Assembly (NCBI GenBank): GCA_051294375.1 | Contig: CM119270.1 | Span: 10,374,766 to 10,438,765, forward strand | Direction of reading: 5' to 3' | Length of the DNA stretch: 64,000 bases | From: Paraspadella gotoi | Taxonomy: Eukaryota > Animalia > Chaetognatha | In this document: positions 1 to 14,144 of the stretch, in pieces | Position numbering within the stretch: the stretch's first letter is position 1 | How the letters are laid out: every line of letters starts with the position of its first letter | Program-made: the position numbers and the translations under genes | The notes under the pieces: generated by a model | What the model was told of the DNA's origin: nothing | The model's database searches: none | The model's input: only the letters and a program-made list of their open reading frames with translations

Positions 1-2566
1 TTTTATTTTTTCCTTTCCTTTTTTCAATTTTTTTTCTTTGACATTTTAATTTTCTCTGTCTGATCACCTTTTTGTTTATCTCTTCTTTTCGTATATAGCT
101 CACTACAAAAAGTTTATCGAGAGATTTTCTTTTTTTTTCCTTTTAAGTCGCTCCTTCAAGTCAAACTCCGGTTTCTCTTTCTTGGCAGAGTCAATGACGC
201 AGAGAATCTTCCTTCTCATTTTTTGTTTCTTTCTCTTCGGTTTCTTCCTTTCTTTCGATCTTTAATTGATCCAATTCTTACATTTGAATTAAAAGATAAT
301 ATTTGTTTTTTTTTTCATTTCGGTCATTCACGTCGTTATCGTCGTCCTTGTCTTCTTTTTCCTCTTCTTTTATTTAGTCTTCTTCATCGTCGTCGCCCTC
401 GTCACCCTCTGACTTTCTCTTCCATTCATTCACGCTTTGCGTTACTCACCTTTTGGCCTCTTACATCCGTGTGATTTCAAATCCAGCTAGAGAAATTTAA
501 CATCCGGGAGAATCTTACATTCTCAGAAGAAAGGATTCTCGATCGCTTTCTACATTTTCATTTTAATCTTAATTAAAATTAAAATTAAAAATGAAATAAT
601 TCTTTTTATTCTTTAGCGAGAATATTTTTGATTTTCTCCGCTTTTTTGGATTTTCTTTAATTCTCCCCAATTCTTTTTAAAATTTTTTCCTATCTTGTTC
701 TTTTTCATTCTCTCCATTTCCCTTTTCTTCTCCCTCCCTCTCTTCCTCTCCCTCCCTCCCTCCCTCCCTTCCTCTCCCTCTTTTTCTCCCTCTTTTTCTC
801 CCTCTCTTTTCTTCTTGAGTCTGCATCCAAATGAACGCTTCGGTGGTTTTCAGATTTTTCTTCGTCGCATCCTCCGCAGCCTCTTCCTCCTCATCCTCTT
901 CCTCCTTCTTTCTCCCCCTCTCTCTCCCCCCCTCTGTCTCCTCTCTTCCTACAAAATCTCCATTTCCTCTTCTTTTTTTTTTCTCGAATTTAACAAAATG
1001 TAAATTCACCCAAAGAAAATATCGCAAAATCTCTCTGCGTTCTCCTTTTTTTGTTTGCATGAAGTTCAGCCCCTTCGACCGCACATTATACATTCGTCTT
1101 CAACTTGGGAGAGATTTTCCAATAGATGCATAAACGGTTTATAAAATAATATTTTTTTGAGACTTTGTTCAGAAGATAGTTACTAACAAATACAAATTCG
1201 ATTGGCTAGTCATTTAACCACCCAATAATTCAATTACTCTCCCACCGGCCAATCAGAAACTCCATTTTCAGAACGATCGACGCCATTGGTTAATGAAATG
1301 TTTTTGCTGGTTTCGCTCGGCCCCTCGTTGGATTCCATTATCATTGGAACCACTTCGCATTGAGAGCGGGAATGAAATAAAAGAATTGGATATTTTCCTC
1401 TCGACCACCTCTCTCTCTCACTCTCTCTCTCGCGGATTCGAAAGTGAGACGCGAGAAAGAACGAGAGAGAGAGATAAGATGAGAGAGAGAGACGAAGAGA
1501 GAGAAAAGACAAAAAGGATAATTACGAAATGAATCGTTGGTCGGAAAATGGAAAATGGGGGCAGGGGATGGCGCCGTTGTAATGTATGTGTGGGGGGAAA
1601 NNNNNNNNNNNNNNNNNNNNNNNNNNNNNNNNNNNNNNNNNNNNNNNNNNNNNNNNNNNNNNNNNNNNNNNNNNNNNNNNNNNNNNNNNNNNNNNNNNNN
1701 NNNNNNNNNNNNNNNNNNNNNNNNNNNNNNNNNNNNNNNNNNNNNNNNNNNNNNNNNNNNNNNNNNNNNNNNNNNNNNNNNNNNNNNNNNNNNNNNNNNN
1801 NNNNNNNNNNNNNNNNNNNNNNNNNNNNNNNNNNNNNNNNNNNNNNNNNNNNNNNNNNNNNNNAATTCATGAGGGAAAAGGGTTGAGAGACAGAGAGAGA
1901 CCAAGAGGGCGATGGAGAAGAGATGGAGAGCCGCTGCAGCCCGCGCCTCAATTAAACCTCGAGCATCCGACTCCGATTTTCGTTTTAGTAGGAAAGAGAA
2001 GTTGTCTCTTTTTGTTGATTCTTTATGAGCAGAGTCAACTTTGAAACTTTCGAATAAAATCGTACTTTTAATTTATCAGAATAATAATAATTACACCAAC
2101 CCACAATGGCGCAAACGTTACGGTTAAGTTCTTTTGCCACCCGCGCCACTCCAACGGCGATCTCAATCTTTGTATACAATCGATGTGTCATAACTACGTA
2201 AGGTGAAAAAAAAAATTGAAGAAAAAAGACAACAACTACGATGTGCAATATCTTTGGATCCACCAACGCCACCAACAAAAATGACACAGAGGCCAATGCC
2301 ATCCACGCTAATGCCAACCACGACAACGCCACCACGTCAACCACCCCAGCGCCATTAACGCCACCAACGCCAAGGCCTCCATCCAATTCACCTAAAAAAA
2401 CCAATTGTGGGAAGAGATACAAAGAATCCAATGGAAGAACCGATGAAGGAGGAAGGGGAAGAAGAGGAGAAGGAAATAAAGGGGAGAAGAACTTGAGGGT
2501 GAGGTGAACCGAGAGAAGGTTGCGGACATCCAAAATGGCTCAGATCCTATTCCTTGATTACATCTC

Positions 2567-2630
<64 letters not shown>

Positions 2631-3612
2631 TATTTTTTTTTTGCTATTAACGAACCGAGCGATGAGCACAATGGCGTGGTCTAGTTAGGAAGTAGTTTTT
2701 TTTTATATATTTTATATCGGCTGGGCATAATAATTCGCTTTCTCTCTCTGCTTATGACTGAGCGCGTTAGGGATTGAAAGAGAGCGAGAGAGAGAGAGAT
2801 AAAGAGAGAGCCTCTACTTGCCGNNNNNNNNNNNNNNNNNNNNNNNNNNNNNNNNNNNNNNNNNNNNNNNNNNNNNNNNNNNNNNNNNNNNNNNNNNNNN
2901 NNNNNNNNNNNNNNNNNNNNNNNNNNNNNNNNNNNNNNNNNNNNNNNNNNNNNNNNNNNNNNNNNNNNNNNNNNNNNNNNNNNNNNNNNNNNNNNNNNNN
3001 NNNNNNNNNNNNNNNNNNNNNNNNNNNNNNNNNNNNNNNNNNNNNNNNNNNNNNNNNNNNNNNNNNNNNNNNNNNNNNNNNNNNNNNNNNNNNNNNNNNN
3101 NNNNNCTCTCTCTCTTTTTTCTTTTGCTCTCTCTTCTTCCTTCACTTCATCTCCATAATGTTTTCATTTTGGCAAAATAAGAAAAAATTTTTTAATGACT
3201 AAAATTCAATTTTTAACAAACTTCACATTTCTCTTTTCTTCATTTCCCCTTTTTCCTCTCACTCATTGAAAGGAAGCGTTTCTCCCTCCATTCAACTCCC
3301 CCCATTGACGTCTCTTCCTTTTCCTCCTCTTCTTCCTCTTCCTCCTCCTCCTCATCGACTGTTCCATCATCATCCACGTCCGAGGCATGTGCAGAAGCGA
3401 GCAGACGCAGCCTCAAGAATAACAACCGAGTTCATCGAACCAAAACGGCAATGCGGAAGGCTCATGGAAGGGCGTGGCCGAATGGGGAAAAGGGAGNNNN
3501 NNNNNNNNNNNNNNNNNNNNNNNNNNNNNNNNNNNNNNNNNNNNNNNNNNNNNNNNNNNNNNNNNNNNNNNNNNNNNNNNNNNNNNNNNNNNNNNNNNNN
3601 NNNNNNNNNNNN

Positions 3613-3647
<35 letters not shown>

Positions 3648-4149
3648 AGAAATAGACAAGTAGACGCACAGAAAGAGATAGATTAACACTCAGAAATACA
3701 GAGGACAGAACGGCAGAGGGCGCGACAGGAAAAAAAAATATTCATGAAGAAAATCTCTTTCTCTCTCTTCGTCGAAGACACAATAAAAAAAAAGATGAGA
3801 TTCCGAATTCCAACCCATCGACAATCATTGCCCCCCTTCTTTACCCCAATTGCCCCCCCCCTTCCTCAACACCAAAAATCGTCATCTTCCTTCGGAGTCC
3901 GTGACCGTCGACGGAGCCACGCGAACGCCGACTCGTTCTCCGCCCTCCGTCACGCCCTCCGTCACGCCCTTTGCTACGCCCACTGCCACGCCCACCGTGA
4001 CACGCCCAACGCCATATGTCGTGATTTCGGTCGAATCAGTTTCTCGAGTTTTTTGTGGAAGAAAAGTCGGAAAGAAAAGGAGGAGAGGAAAATCGTTTTG
4101 AGAGAGAAGGAGGAAAATATGGTGAGGGGACATTGCCAACATTCACGGG

Positions 4150-4238
4150 AAAGTAAAAAGTAAAAAGTAAAAAGTAAAAAGTAAAAAGTAAAAAGTAAAA
4201 AGTAAAAAGTAAAAAGTAAAAAGTAAAAGGTAAAAAGT
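4150..4238. repeat. (AAAAAGT)n heptamer tandem repeat, ~12 copies, followed by degenerate AAAACTTAA-like repeats to ~4380
   Basis: Read directly from the sequence. Confidence 0.9.
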
Positions 4239-4910
4239 AAGAAAACTTAGAAACTTAAAAACATAAAACCATAAAAGCATAAAAACTTGAAAACTTGAAA
4301 ACTTAAAAACTTAAAAATTTAAAAACCTTGATAATATAAAAACTTAAAAAATTAAACACTCAAAAACTTAAATAAACTTGTGATTTTGTTTAAATACTTT
4401 TCTCTCTTAAATCGCCAGCTTCATCAACAATAATGTTACGATGTAACAATAGAAGGCATATAATAGGCATTCAATTCTAAATCTGCGAGGAAAAATCCGC
4501 TTAAATATTTTACCCAATCCAGCCATGATTAAATACCGAATTTCGTGTCACGTCGGCTTCCGCATGCATTTTTCATTCGCTTTATTTTCGACATCTGCTT
4601 CTTCAGCCGCTACTGCATTACTTGTTTGTTAATAAATCCTTCTGTTCAAACTTGTCAGATCTCTATTCATATCTTTCTACCACTTCTACATCTTTCTTCA
4701 CTCTTGTTTTCATATGCGTTTTTCTATTTAACGTCCGCTTCTAAATCCGCTTCCATGTCCGCTTCTACTTCCGCTTCCACATCCGCTTCCACAACCGCAG
4801 AAAGCGCCTTCCTCGTCGTCGACCGCGAAAAATCGTTGGAGCGTTTTATCATTGCGGCAACTCGAGCGATGAGAGGAAACAATGAATAGTGATGAACAAA
4901 AGAGATGGAG

Positions 4911-4913
<3 letters not shown>

Positions 4914-4995
<82 letters not shown>
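4914..4995. repeat. (CT)n microsatellite, representative of dozens of GA/CT tracts (e.g. 5361-5427, 18576-18673, 25935-26052, 30126-30252, 33159-33292, 59752-59829)
   Basis: Perfect dinucleotide runs; these generate the ERERER/SLSLSL ORFs in the ORF track. Confidence 0.95.
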
Positions 4996-5000
<5 letters not shown>

Positions 5001-5356
5001 TCACTTCCACATTCCTTTCCTTTTTTTTCATGGGCCTCTGGATTTCGTTGTCCGACATTCATGACTTTCAGCGGAACAAAAAAAAAAAGAGGAAAAAAGA
5101 AAAAAGAAAAGAAAAAAATTGAAGAGAAAATGGGAGGAAAGGAAAAAAAATAGAATGAACAAGAGGAAAAAACATGAGTGAAAAAAAGAAAAAAGGAAGT
5201 GAATTTAGAATATAGTTCTTCACATTTTACAAGATTCGGAATGCGTCACATCAAGAATTCGTGTCGCATCGAAAACCGTAATCTTTATGATGATGTTACA
5301 GGCGCGTTACAAAATTGGCAAAAGCCTCTTTATGAAGATTAAGAGAGAGGCGAAGG

Positions 5357-5432
<76 letters not shown>

Positions 5433-6360
5433 TAAACTGAGACACAGAGACTGAGACAAACTTCAAGGCTTTTCAATTGTCTTAGGATGAAGTAGAAATG
5501 ATACGCAAAAAAAAAGGCTTTACGATTAATTATTATGAAATTTTTAAGAATTGGAAAGGGCAAGAAAAATCGCACCAAAAAATCGGGGATCGATGGCGAC
5601 AAAAGAGAAAGAGCGCGTGAGGCATAAAAGGGCGCGGAGATGGCGTGGGAAGGTGAGGAAAGAGTGGTGGGGTCAGAGAAAGGCAAGGAGCTGAGGTAGC
5701 GAAAGGGCGAGGTGAGTTAACAGGGCATCGGAGGGCATAAAAGGACACCGCATGGTTCAGATATTGGGTCCTTCTTTGGGCAACAGAAAAAGGGGAAAGG
5801 CAGGGGGGGGGAGACGTTGAAAAAAGAGGAAAATGAGGAGCAGAGGGGGCGGAGGGTGAAGGAGGAGAAGTAAGGGGAGGAGGGGGAGTGAGACACGGAT
5901 CTCAAATTGATTCTCTCTTGTCGTAAGAATGTTAATTCGTCTCCGTAACAGAATGTTAATTCATTCGGGGAATCGCTTCGATTGACGAAGTTGAGGATGA
6001 GAGGAGAGGGGGAATAATTTAGAGGGAAAGAGGGAGAGAGAGAAAAAGGGAGGGAGAGAGGGAGGGATGAGTCCAACCCCTTCTTATCACTCAACATCTG
6101 TTGTTGCGGTTTTAGAGGAGAAGATGAGGGCGAGCGATTATCGAGTCAGAATCGAGGGGACGTGGTTATGCGCGATGCAGCAGGGACGATGGTGCCCGAA
6201 CACTAATGCGCGAACAAGTTTTGCATTAATAACAGCTTAAATTAATGCTTATATATAATACAGTGACATTACTGTCGACGTGTCGTATCTAATAATGTTT
6301 TGAATTCGGGCCAGTTCCAAAGAGAGGTTTGAAGGATCGCAAGCAATCTTACTTGTAAAT

Positions 6361-8451
6361 CTCTCTCTCTCTCTCTCAACAATATTTAATTCCGTAATCA
6401 ACCAAAAACAGATGAAAACTTATAAATAATAATCTTCTAACAAAGTAAGCCCTCTGATATACAGTATAGAATTTGTTAAATGAATATATATAATATAAAC
6501 TTCCGCCCATTGCAACTCAATGCGCCATTCACTGCCTACCCCCTTCCTCCTCCTCTCTCTCTCTTCCTCTCTCTCCTCTCTCTCTCTCTCCTCTCTTCTC
6601 TCTCTCTCCTCTCTCTCCTCTCTTCTCTCTTCTTCCTTTTTTAGACTCTATCCAAAATTTCTTTGGGCAATGGGCAAACTGACCCCTGACTTTTTAATCT
6701 CCATTACTCTCTCTCTCTTCTCTACACTCTCTCTCTCTCTCTCTCTCTCTTCCTCTCTCAGCTCTCTCTCTCTCTTTGCTCTCTCTCTCTATCGCCTTCG
6801 ACGGCCTCATTTACTCCCCACCCGCTTTCCTCTTTNNNNNNNNNNNNNNNNNNNNNNNNNNNNNNNNNNNNNNNNNNNNNNNNNNNNNNNNNNNNNNNNN
6901 NNNNNNNNNNNNNNNNNNNNNNNNNNNNNNNNNNNNNNNNNNNNNNNNNNNNNNNNNNNNNNNNNNNNNNNNNNNNNNNNNNNNNNNNNNNNNNNNNNNN
7001 NNNNNNNNNNNNNNNNNNNNNNNNNNNNNNNNNNNNNNNNNNNNNNNNNNNNNNNNNNNNNNNNNNNNNNNNNNNNNNNNNNNNNNNNNNNNNNNNNNNN
7101 NNNNNNNNNNNNNNNNNNNNNNNNNNNNNNNNNNNNNNNNNNNNNNNNNNNNNNNNNNNNNNNNNNNNNNNNNNNNNNNNNNNNNNNNNNNNNNNNNNNN
7201 NNNNNNNNNNNNNNNNNNNNNNNNNNNNNNNNNNNNNNNNNNNNNNNNNNNNNNNNNNNNNNNNNNNNNNNNNNNNNNNNNNNNNNNNNNNNNNNNNNNN
7301 NNNNNNNNNNNNNNNNNNNNNNNNNNNNNNNNNNNNNNNNNNNNNNNNNNNNNNNNNNNNNNNNNNNNNNNNNNNNNNNNNNNNNNNNNNNNNNNNNNNN
7401 NNNNNNNNNNNNNNNNNNNNNNNNNNNNNNNNNNNNNNNNNNNNNNNNNNNNNNNNNNNNNNNNNNNNNNNNNNNNNNNNNNNCGCCACCCCTTCCCAAC
7501 TACCCACTTAACCACCTCGCCACCAGCCCCCTCACGACGACTCACAGCAGCTTAGCCTCTCCGATGTCCGCCTTTGGTCATCCCCCCAGAGATGGCAGTC
7601 ATGCGGAAGACTAGACTAGTCTCGCGTTCCAGAAGGGAGAAATGAGAGAGACAGAGGAGAGATGAGAAAGGACGAGATGAGAGATGAGACCACACACCAC
7701 AGAGAGAGAGAGAGAGAGATCTAGTTTCGCAGGCGCTGCTTACCGATAAATCGATGGAACGGCGCGAGCGCGAAGGCTGAAGCTGGAACAGGGTGGATGA
7801 GTGAACTGTGGGTGAGAGGATGTGGGAAAAGGTGAGGGTAAGTGAGTGAGCTGAAGATCAGGCAAGTTTTAAACAATATACTTTGTTAAAGGGATGTTAA
7901 TCCAAGCTGTAGTTAAATTTTACATATGGAACTTAAGAATTAAGAGTCAACATTCAGACACGTTCACATTTTCACTCCACCGTCAATGTCACTCCCGCCA
8001 CTCCGATCCACCCCTCACGCCGCAAACTTCGACTGAAGATATTATTGACAGGTGCGCCGTCGGCTGATGGTCAGCGAGTTCGACGACGCCGCTTCTGCTG
8101 TCGCTGGCGCCGCCGTTGCCGCCGCACCTGTTTTCTCGCGGGCGAAAAAAGAGATAGAGAGAAAGTGGGCGATATGGATTCGGAGGATTAGGGTAGTAGG
8201 GGGGAGTTGGATACTGTTAATTAAAATATTTGATTTTACAAAGGTTTATTTTAACATTTGATAGTTTAAAATGTTAAAAATTTAATGAATTTGTTCAATA
8301 GAAAACAAATAGATAAGAAAAGCAAAGTGACTCTATTTCTTTATCCTTCTGCCCTCAAGAAAGAAATCAATATCATCGGATTTTTAATGGCGCCTTGACT
8401 TATGGTTTGAGGAAGAGAGAGATGTAAGATAATGGAGACGATGAGGAGAAT

Positions 8452-8484
<33 letters not shown>

Positions 8485-11400
8485 TAGAATTGAAACAAGA
8501 GAAACAATTTCTAATGTATAATTTCTTCTTCAAACAGGCTAAAATGATAGAAAGAAAATTCTAATAAAAAAGAAAGAGAGCGGAACGATAGAGAGAGAGA
8601 GGGAGAGAGTCAAGGATGAGCGAAAGGAGAAGAAATCCAATGAAGAAACCACGTGACTCACCAAACGGCAGCAGGCTGAGAGACATGGGTGGTGGGGATC
8701 GGGTAGGTCAGAGTTGGTCGGAGAAGGTAAAGCGGGCGAATCTACTACGGGGGGGGGGAAGGAAACCGGGACGAGGCGCGGCGCGGTGGGGGACTGAGGT
8801 TCGGTTTTCCCGCCCATCCAATTAGAGCTTCGCTTCAGTTCCCCAATGGCACATCACGATGGTGACCCTCCTTCTCTCCGCCCTTCTTTTCTTTTCTTTT
8901 TCTTCTTCCTCATTTTCTCCGTTTTTTTTATATTTTTTCTTCTCTTTTTCTACTTCTTCTTTCCTTTCCCTTTTCCTCACCCTTCTCTCTCTTCCTCCTT
9001 TTCGTCTTGTTCTTCCCAAAAGTTTCGATTTTGTCCTTGCGATGTGATTTCGTTCACTGCTTATCTCGCCACCGCCTTACAATTACCTTGATGTGAAGTC
9101 GCCTCTCTCTCTCTCTCTCAACAATATTTAATTCCTAATCAACCCAAAAACAGTATTGAAAACTTATAACATAATAATCTTCTAACAATAGTAAGCCTCT
9201 GATATTTACAGTATCAGAATTTGTTAAATGAATATATTATAATTATAAACTTCCGCCCATTGGCAACTTTCATGCAGCCAATTCACTGCCTACCCCCTTC
9301 CCCTTTTTCCTCTCTCTCTCTTCCTCTCTCTCCTCCTCTCTCTCTCCTCTCTTCTCTCTCTCCTCCTCTCTCTCCTCTCTTCTCTCTTCTTCCTTTTTTA
9401 GCTCTATCCAAAATTCTTTTGGGCAATGCGGGCAAACTGACCCCTGACTTTTTAATCTCCACTTTACTCTCTCTCTCTTCTCTAAAAAACACTCTCTCTC
9501 TCTCTCTCTCTCTCTTCCTCTCTTTCGCTCTCTCTCTCTACATTGCTCTCTCTCTCTATCGCCTTCGACGGCCTCATTTACTCCCCACCCGCTTTCCTCT
9601 TTCGCCACCCCTTTCACCAACTACCCACTTAACCACCCTCGCACCAGCCCCCTCACGACGACTCACAGCAGCTTAGCCTCTCCGATGTCCGACCTTTGGT
9701 CATCCCCCAGGATCGGCAGTCAATGCGGGAATGACCTTAGACTAGATCCTCGCGTTCCAGAAGGGAGAAATGAGAGAGACAGAGGAGAGATGAGAAAGGA
9801 CGAGATGAGAGATGAGACCACACACCACAGAGAGAGAGAGGAGAGACGACACACACACACAGAGAGAGAGAGGAGCAGAGATGAGAAGAGAGATAGAGTG
9901 AGGAGAGAGGAGAGAGCAGAGATTGAAGAAGAGATCTAGTTTCGCAGAGCGCTCTTCCGATTAAATCGATTGAACGGCCGCGAGCGCGAAGGGCTGAAGC
10001 TGCGGAAACAGGGTGGATGAGTGGCAACATTGTGGGCTGAGAGGATGTGGGAAAAGGTCAGAGGGTAAGTGAGTGGCTGAAGATCAGGCAAGTTTTTAAC
10101 CAATAAACCTTTTGTCTAAAGGGATCTGTTAATGCCAAGCTTGTAGTTAAAATTTTATCAATATAGGAACTTAACGAAATTAAGAGTCAACATTCAGAAC
10201 AAACAGATAATCACATTTTCACTCCACAGTCAATGTCTCACTCGCCCGCCACTCGATCCACCCCCTTCACCCGCGCAAACTTCGACTGAAGATATTATTG
10301 GACAGGTGCGCCGTCGGCTGATGTTTCAGCGAGTTCCGCGAGCCTGCTTCTTGCTGTCGCTGGCGCGCCGTTTTGCCGCCTCCGCACCTGTTTTCTCGCT
10401 GGGCGAAAAAGAGATAGAGACCGAAAGTCGGCGCGATATCAGGATTCGGAGGATTAGGGTTAGTAGGGTGTGAGTTGGATACTGTTAATTTAAATATTTG
10501 ACTTTTACAAAGGTTTATTTTAACATTTGATAGTTTAAAATGTTCAAAAATTTAAATGAATTTGATTAATAGAAAAACAAATTAGATTAAGAAAAGCAAC
10601 AGTGACTCTATTTCTTTTATCCTTCTGCCCTCAGAAAAAAAGAAAATCAATATCATCGGATTTTCTAATGGCGCCTTGACTTATGGTTTGAGGAATGAGA
10701 GAGATGTAAGATAATGGAGACGATGAGGAGAATAGAGAGAGAGAGAAAGAGAGAGACGAGACGAGAGAGAGAGGAAGAGCAGAGAGAGAGAGAGAGAGAA
10801 GAGAGGAGAGAGAGAGAGATGAGAGATAAGAGAGATGAGAGATGAGAGATGAGAATTTAGAAACAAAGAGAACCAATTCTAAATGGATATTAATTTCTTC
10901 TTCAACACAGGCTAAATGATTAGAAAGAATAATTCTTTAATTAAAAAGAAAGAGAGCGGAACGATAGAGAGCAGAAGAGGGGAGAGAGTCAAGGATGAGC
11001 GAAGGAGAGAAATCCAATGAGAAAACCAGCTGACCTCACCAAACGGGCAGCAGGCTGAGAGACGATGGGTATGGTGGGGCATCGGCGTATGGTCAGAGTT
11101 GGTCGGAGAATGGTTAAAGCGGGCGAATTCTACTTACGGGGGCGGGGGAAGGAAACCGGGAGAGGAGCGGCGCGGATGAGGGGGGAATCTTTGAGGTTCG
11201 GTTTTCCCGCCCATCCAATTTAGAGCTTCCGCTTCAGTTCCCCAATGGCCATCACGATGGTGACCCTCCTTCTCTCCGCCTTCTTTTTCTTTTTCTTTTT
11301 CTTCTTCCTTATTTTCTCCGTTTTTTTTTATATTTTTTCTTCTCTTTTTCTACTTCTTCTTTCCTTTCCCTTTCCTCTACCCTTCTCTCTCTTCCTCCTT

Positions 11401-11534
11401 TCGTCTGTTCTTCCCCAAAGTTTCGATTTTTGTCCTTGCGTATGTGATTTCGTTCTACTGCCTTATCTCGCCACGCCTTACAATTTACCTTGTGTGAACG
11501 TTCGCCCCTTCTCTCTCTTCTCTCTTTTCTTCTC

Positions 11535-11606
<72 letters not shown>

Positions 11607-11613
11607 TTCTTCT
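6361..11613 (+). repeat. Tandem duplication (copy A ~6361-9101, copy B ~9102-11613); probable assembly artefact
   Basis: Same unique sequence in the same order (caacaatatttaattcc... to ...gccttacaattaccttg). Copy B has many 1-2 nt insertions, and the junction lies in a CT tract. Confidence 0.9.
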
Positions 11614-13814
11614 NNNNNNNNNNNNNNNNNNNNNNNNNTTTTTTTTTCTTTTTTGAAACATGTTGTGTTGTCAGCCAGCGGTCATCTGCCTTTACCTTCG
11701 GGTGAGAAAACAGAAAGGTAGTAGGTTGGAGATGCGTTGTTATTAGAGGCAACGGAGAATAGTGAGGGAGTAAATTAAGGCAAGAAAAGTTCAAACGCGG
11801 GAGGAAGAGAGAAAGATGTTTAAGGGAGAGAAAGAAAATAGTTAAAATGAGAGGGGGTCGTTTCATTCGCCTTATCGCTCTTTAAAATGCGCGGGCGCTG
11901 ATAAAGGAACCCCGCTGCTGCCGCCGCCGCCGCAGCCGACTCTGCAGACGCCGCCGGCGGAGCAGACGTATCGCGAGAGACCTTTTCAACTCCTTTACAA
12001 GCGACGACCCCTTTCCTCACAAGCACGAATGGGGTCCTACCCTTTAAACAGCTTGCATCCTTTCATACTTCGCAAGCTTTTTTCTATTCTTTCTTTTTTT
12101 TCTCGAGATTGACTCACCGCTCATGATCGGAATTTCGTCGCAAAAACATTTAGATTCCGTCATGTATTTTGTAACAGTTATTAACGGTTATTAACAATTA
12201 TTAACGGTTATTACCAGCGGCGCCATCAAACTATGCCGACAGCTATGGCCCGTCTGGCCACGTAGATATTACACCAAAACATCTAACGAGGTTAATTTCT
12301 CAATCACAGTTCAACGTTCCCATTACCGTTTTCTCGGTCTAACCTTTTCTGTCGTCTTCAACTTCTTTTTCATTTATCTTTCTTTTTTTCATTCTTTTTC
12401 TTCTTCTTCTCCTTCTACTTTTTCTTCGTCTTCTTCTTCCACAATTCAATTGTTTTTTTTTCTCCTTCTCTTTCTCTGTTTCGACGATCGCCTAACGATG
12501 TTTGTTACCCGCGACCTTTCGTTGCACCTACTTTTTTTCTTGCTTCCTGCCTTCACTTCCCTCTCCTTTTCCTTTTTCTCTTCCTCCTCCTCCTCCTCCT
12601 CCTCCCCCTCCTCCTCCTCCGTTTGCCCTCAGTTTCCTAATCGGATCTCCACCCATTGGCATTGTGGTCGTCGGTAATTTCCTTCCTTCCTCTCTTCGAG
12701 ATCATTTCCTCCTTTGTGCCATTTTTTCTTCCTCTTTTCCTCCCTTTCCTCTTCCTCTTCTTCCTTCCTCTATTTCTTTCCTCTCACTTCCTCCTCATTT
12801 TCCTCCTCCCCCTACCGTAAAGAAATCTTTCTCGTTATTTCGTGAGTTTATAATACATTCAAGACCTTAACTGCCCCCCATTCCCCCCGGCCCCTTAGCT
12901 AAGCCCCTTCGCAGCAATATTGTCTCCCTTTCGAGCCAATTTTCTTCCTTTTTTCCTCCTTTCTTCTTTCAATCTTCTTTCAAAAACCGTCCTCTTCTTT
13001 CAATCTTCTTTCAAAACCTTCCTCTTCTTTCAATCTTTCTTTTCAAACCAATTTTCCCTTTTTCTCCCTTCGTTCGAGCAAAAAATGACGTTTTTGAAGT
13101 CTTTCAGTTATTACAAAAAAAAAAAAAAACAATGGGGGAAGAAAATTTTTTCCTTAAAATTATACTGGCGAAGATGAGTTTAAAAAAAAAAAAGAAATTG
13201 TAAAGAGAACTACAATGGAATCCTCTTCTCTCTCTCTCTCTCGTCTCTTGCTCTCTCTCACACATCATCCTTTTCGGTCTAATTAGATCAATTGTTCGGC
13301 AAAGGAAAAGACGCCCGTTACTTGAAATCGCATAAAACCGTCAGGGCCGAACTCTCTCTTCTCTACTCTCTCTCTCTCTTCTCTTCTCTCTCTCTACTCT
13401 CTCTTCTCTTCTCTCTCTCTCTCTCTCTCATCTCTTCCTCTCTTATGCCCTCCCCACTCCTTTTCTCCTTTTCAATCCACCCTCCCATGATCTCTTCCCA
13501 CAAATTACGTTACATACGGGGGAGAGAGCTGAAGAACGTCTTCATCCGACGTCAACCACCACATCCGGGGTACGCGTCGCTAAGCGTCTCACTGGCGTCG
13601 GTTGCTAGGGAAACGTCTCGAGCGTCGAAACCGTTTTGGAGGCTGAAACGATATCAAAAGGAGAAAATGGGAATCTTGAGATCGATTTCGGGGAAGAGAG
13701 AAGAAAGGAAATAAATTTCTGAAATTTTCTTCTTTTTCTTTCGAGAATTTCGAAAAAAGGAGGAATGGGGTAGATAAGCCGAGAGGAAACAGTAAGGGAT
13801 AGGGGAGGATATTG

Positions 13815-13946
13815 TTTCTTTTTTATTTGCTTGTTTGTTTCTTTCTTTGTCTGTTTATTTGTTTCTTTCTTTCTTTCTTTTTTCTTTTCTTCTTTATTCC
13901 CTTCTTTCTTTGTTTCTTTCTTTACTTCTTTGTTTCTTTCTTTACT

Positions 13947-14006
<60 letters not shown>

Positions 14007-14030
14007 TTTTTCTTTCTAACCTTCTTTCTT
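13815..14030. repeat. (TTTC)n low-complexity tract (similar tract at ~60590-60730)
   Basis: Read directly from the sequence. Confidence 0.9.
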
Positions 14031-14144
14031 TCTCCCGACCTCTTTCTCACCCTCAACCAAGCGTCATTCCGCCAATGTCTTTTCTCCATTTCTTCTTCAT
14101 TGTCGATGACGACTCCCGGTTTTTTTATTCGATTTCCGTCGTGA

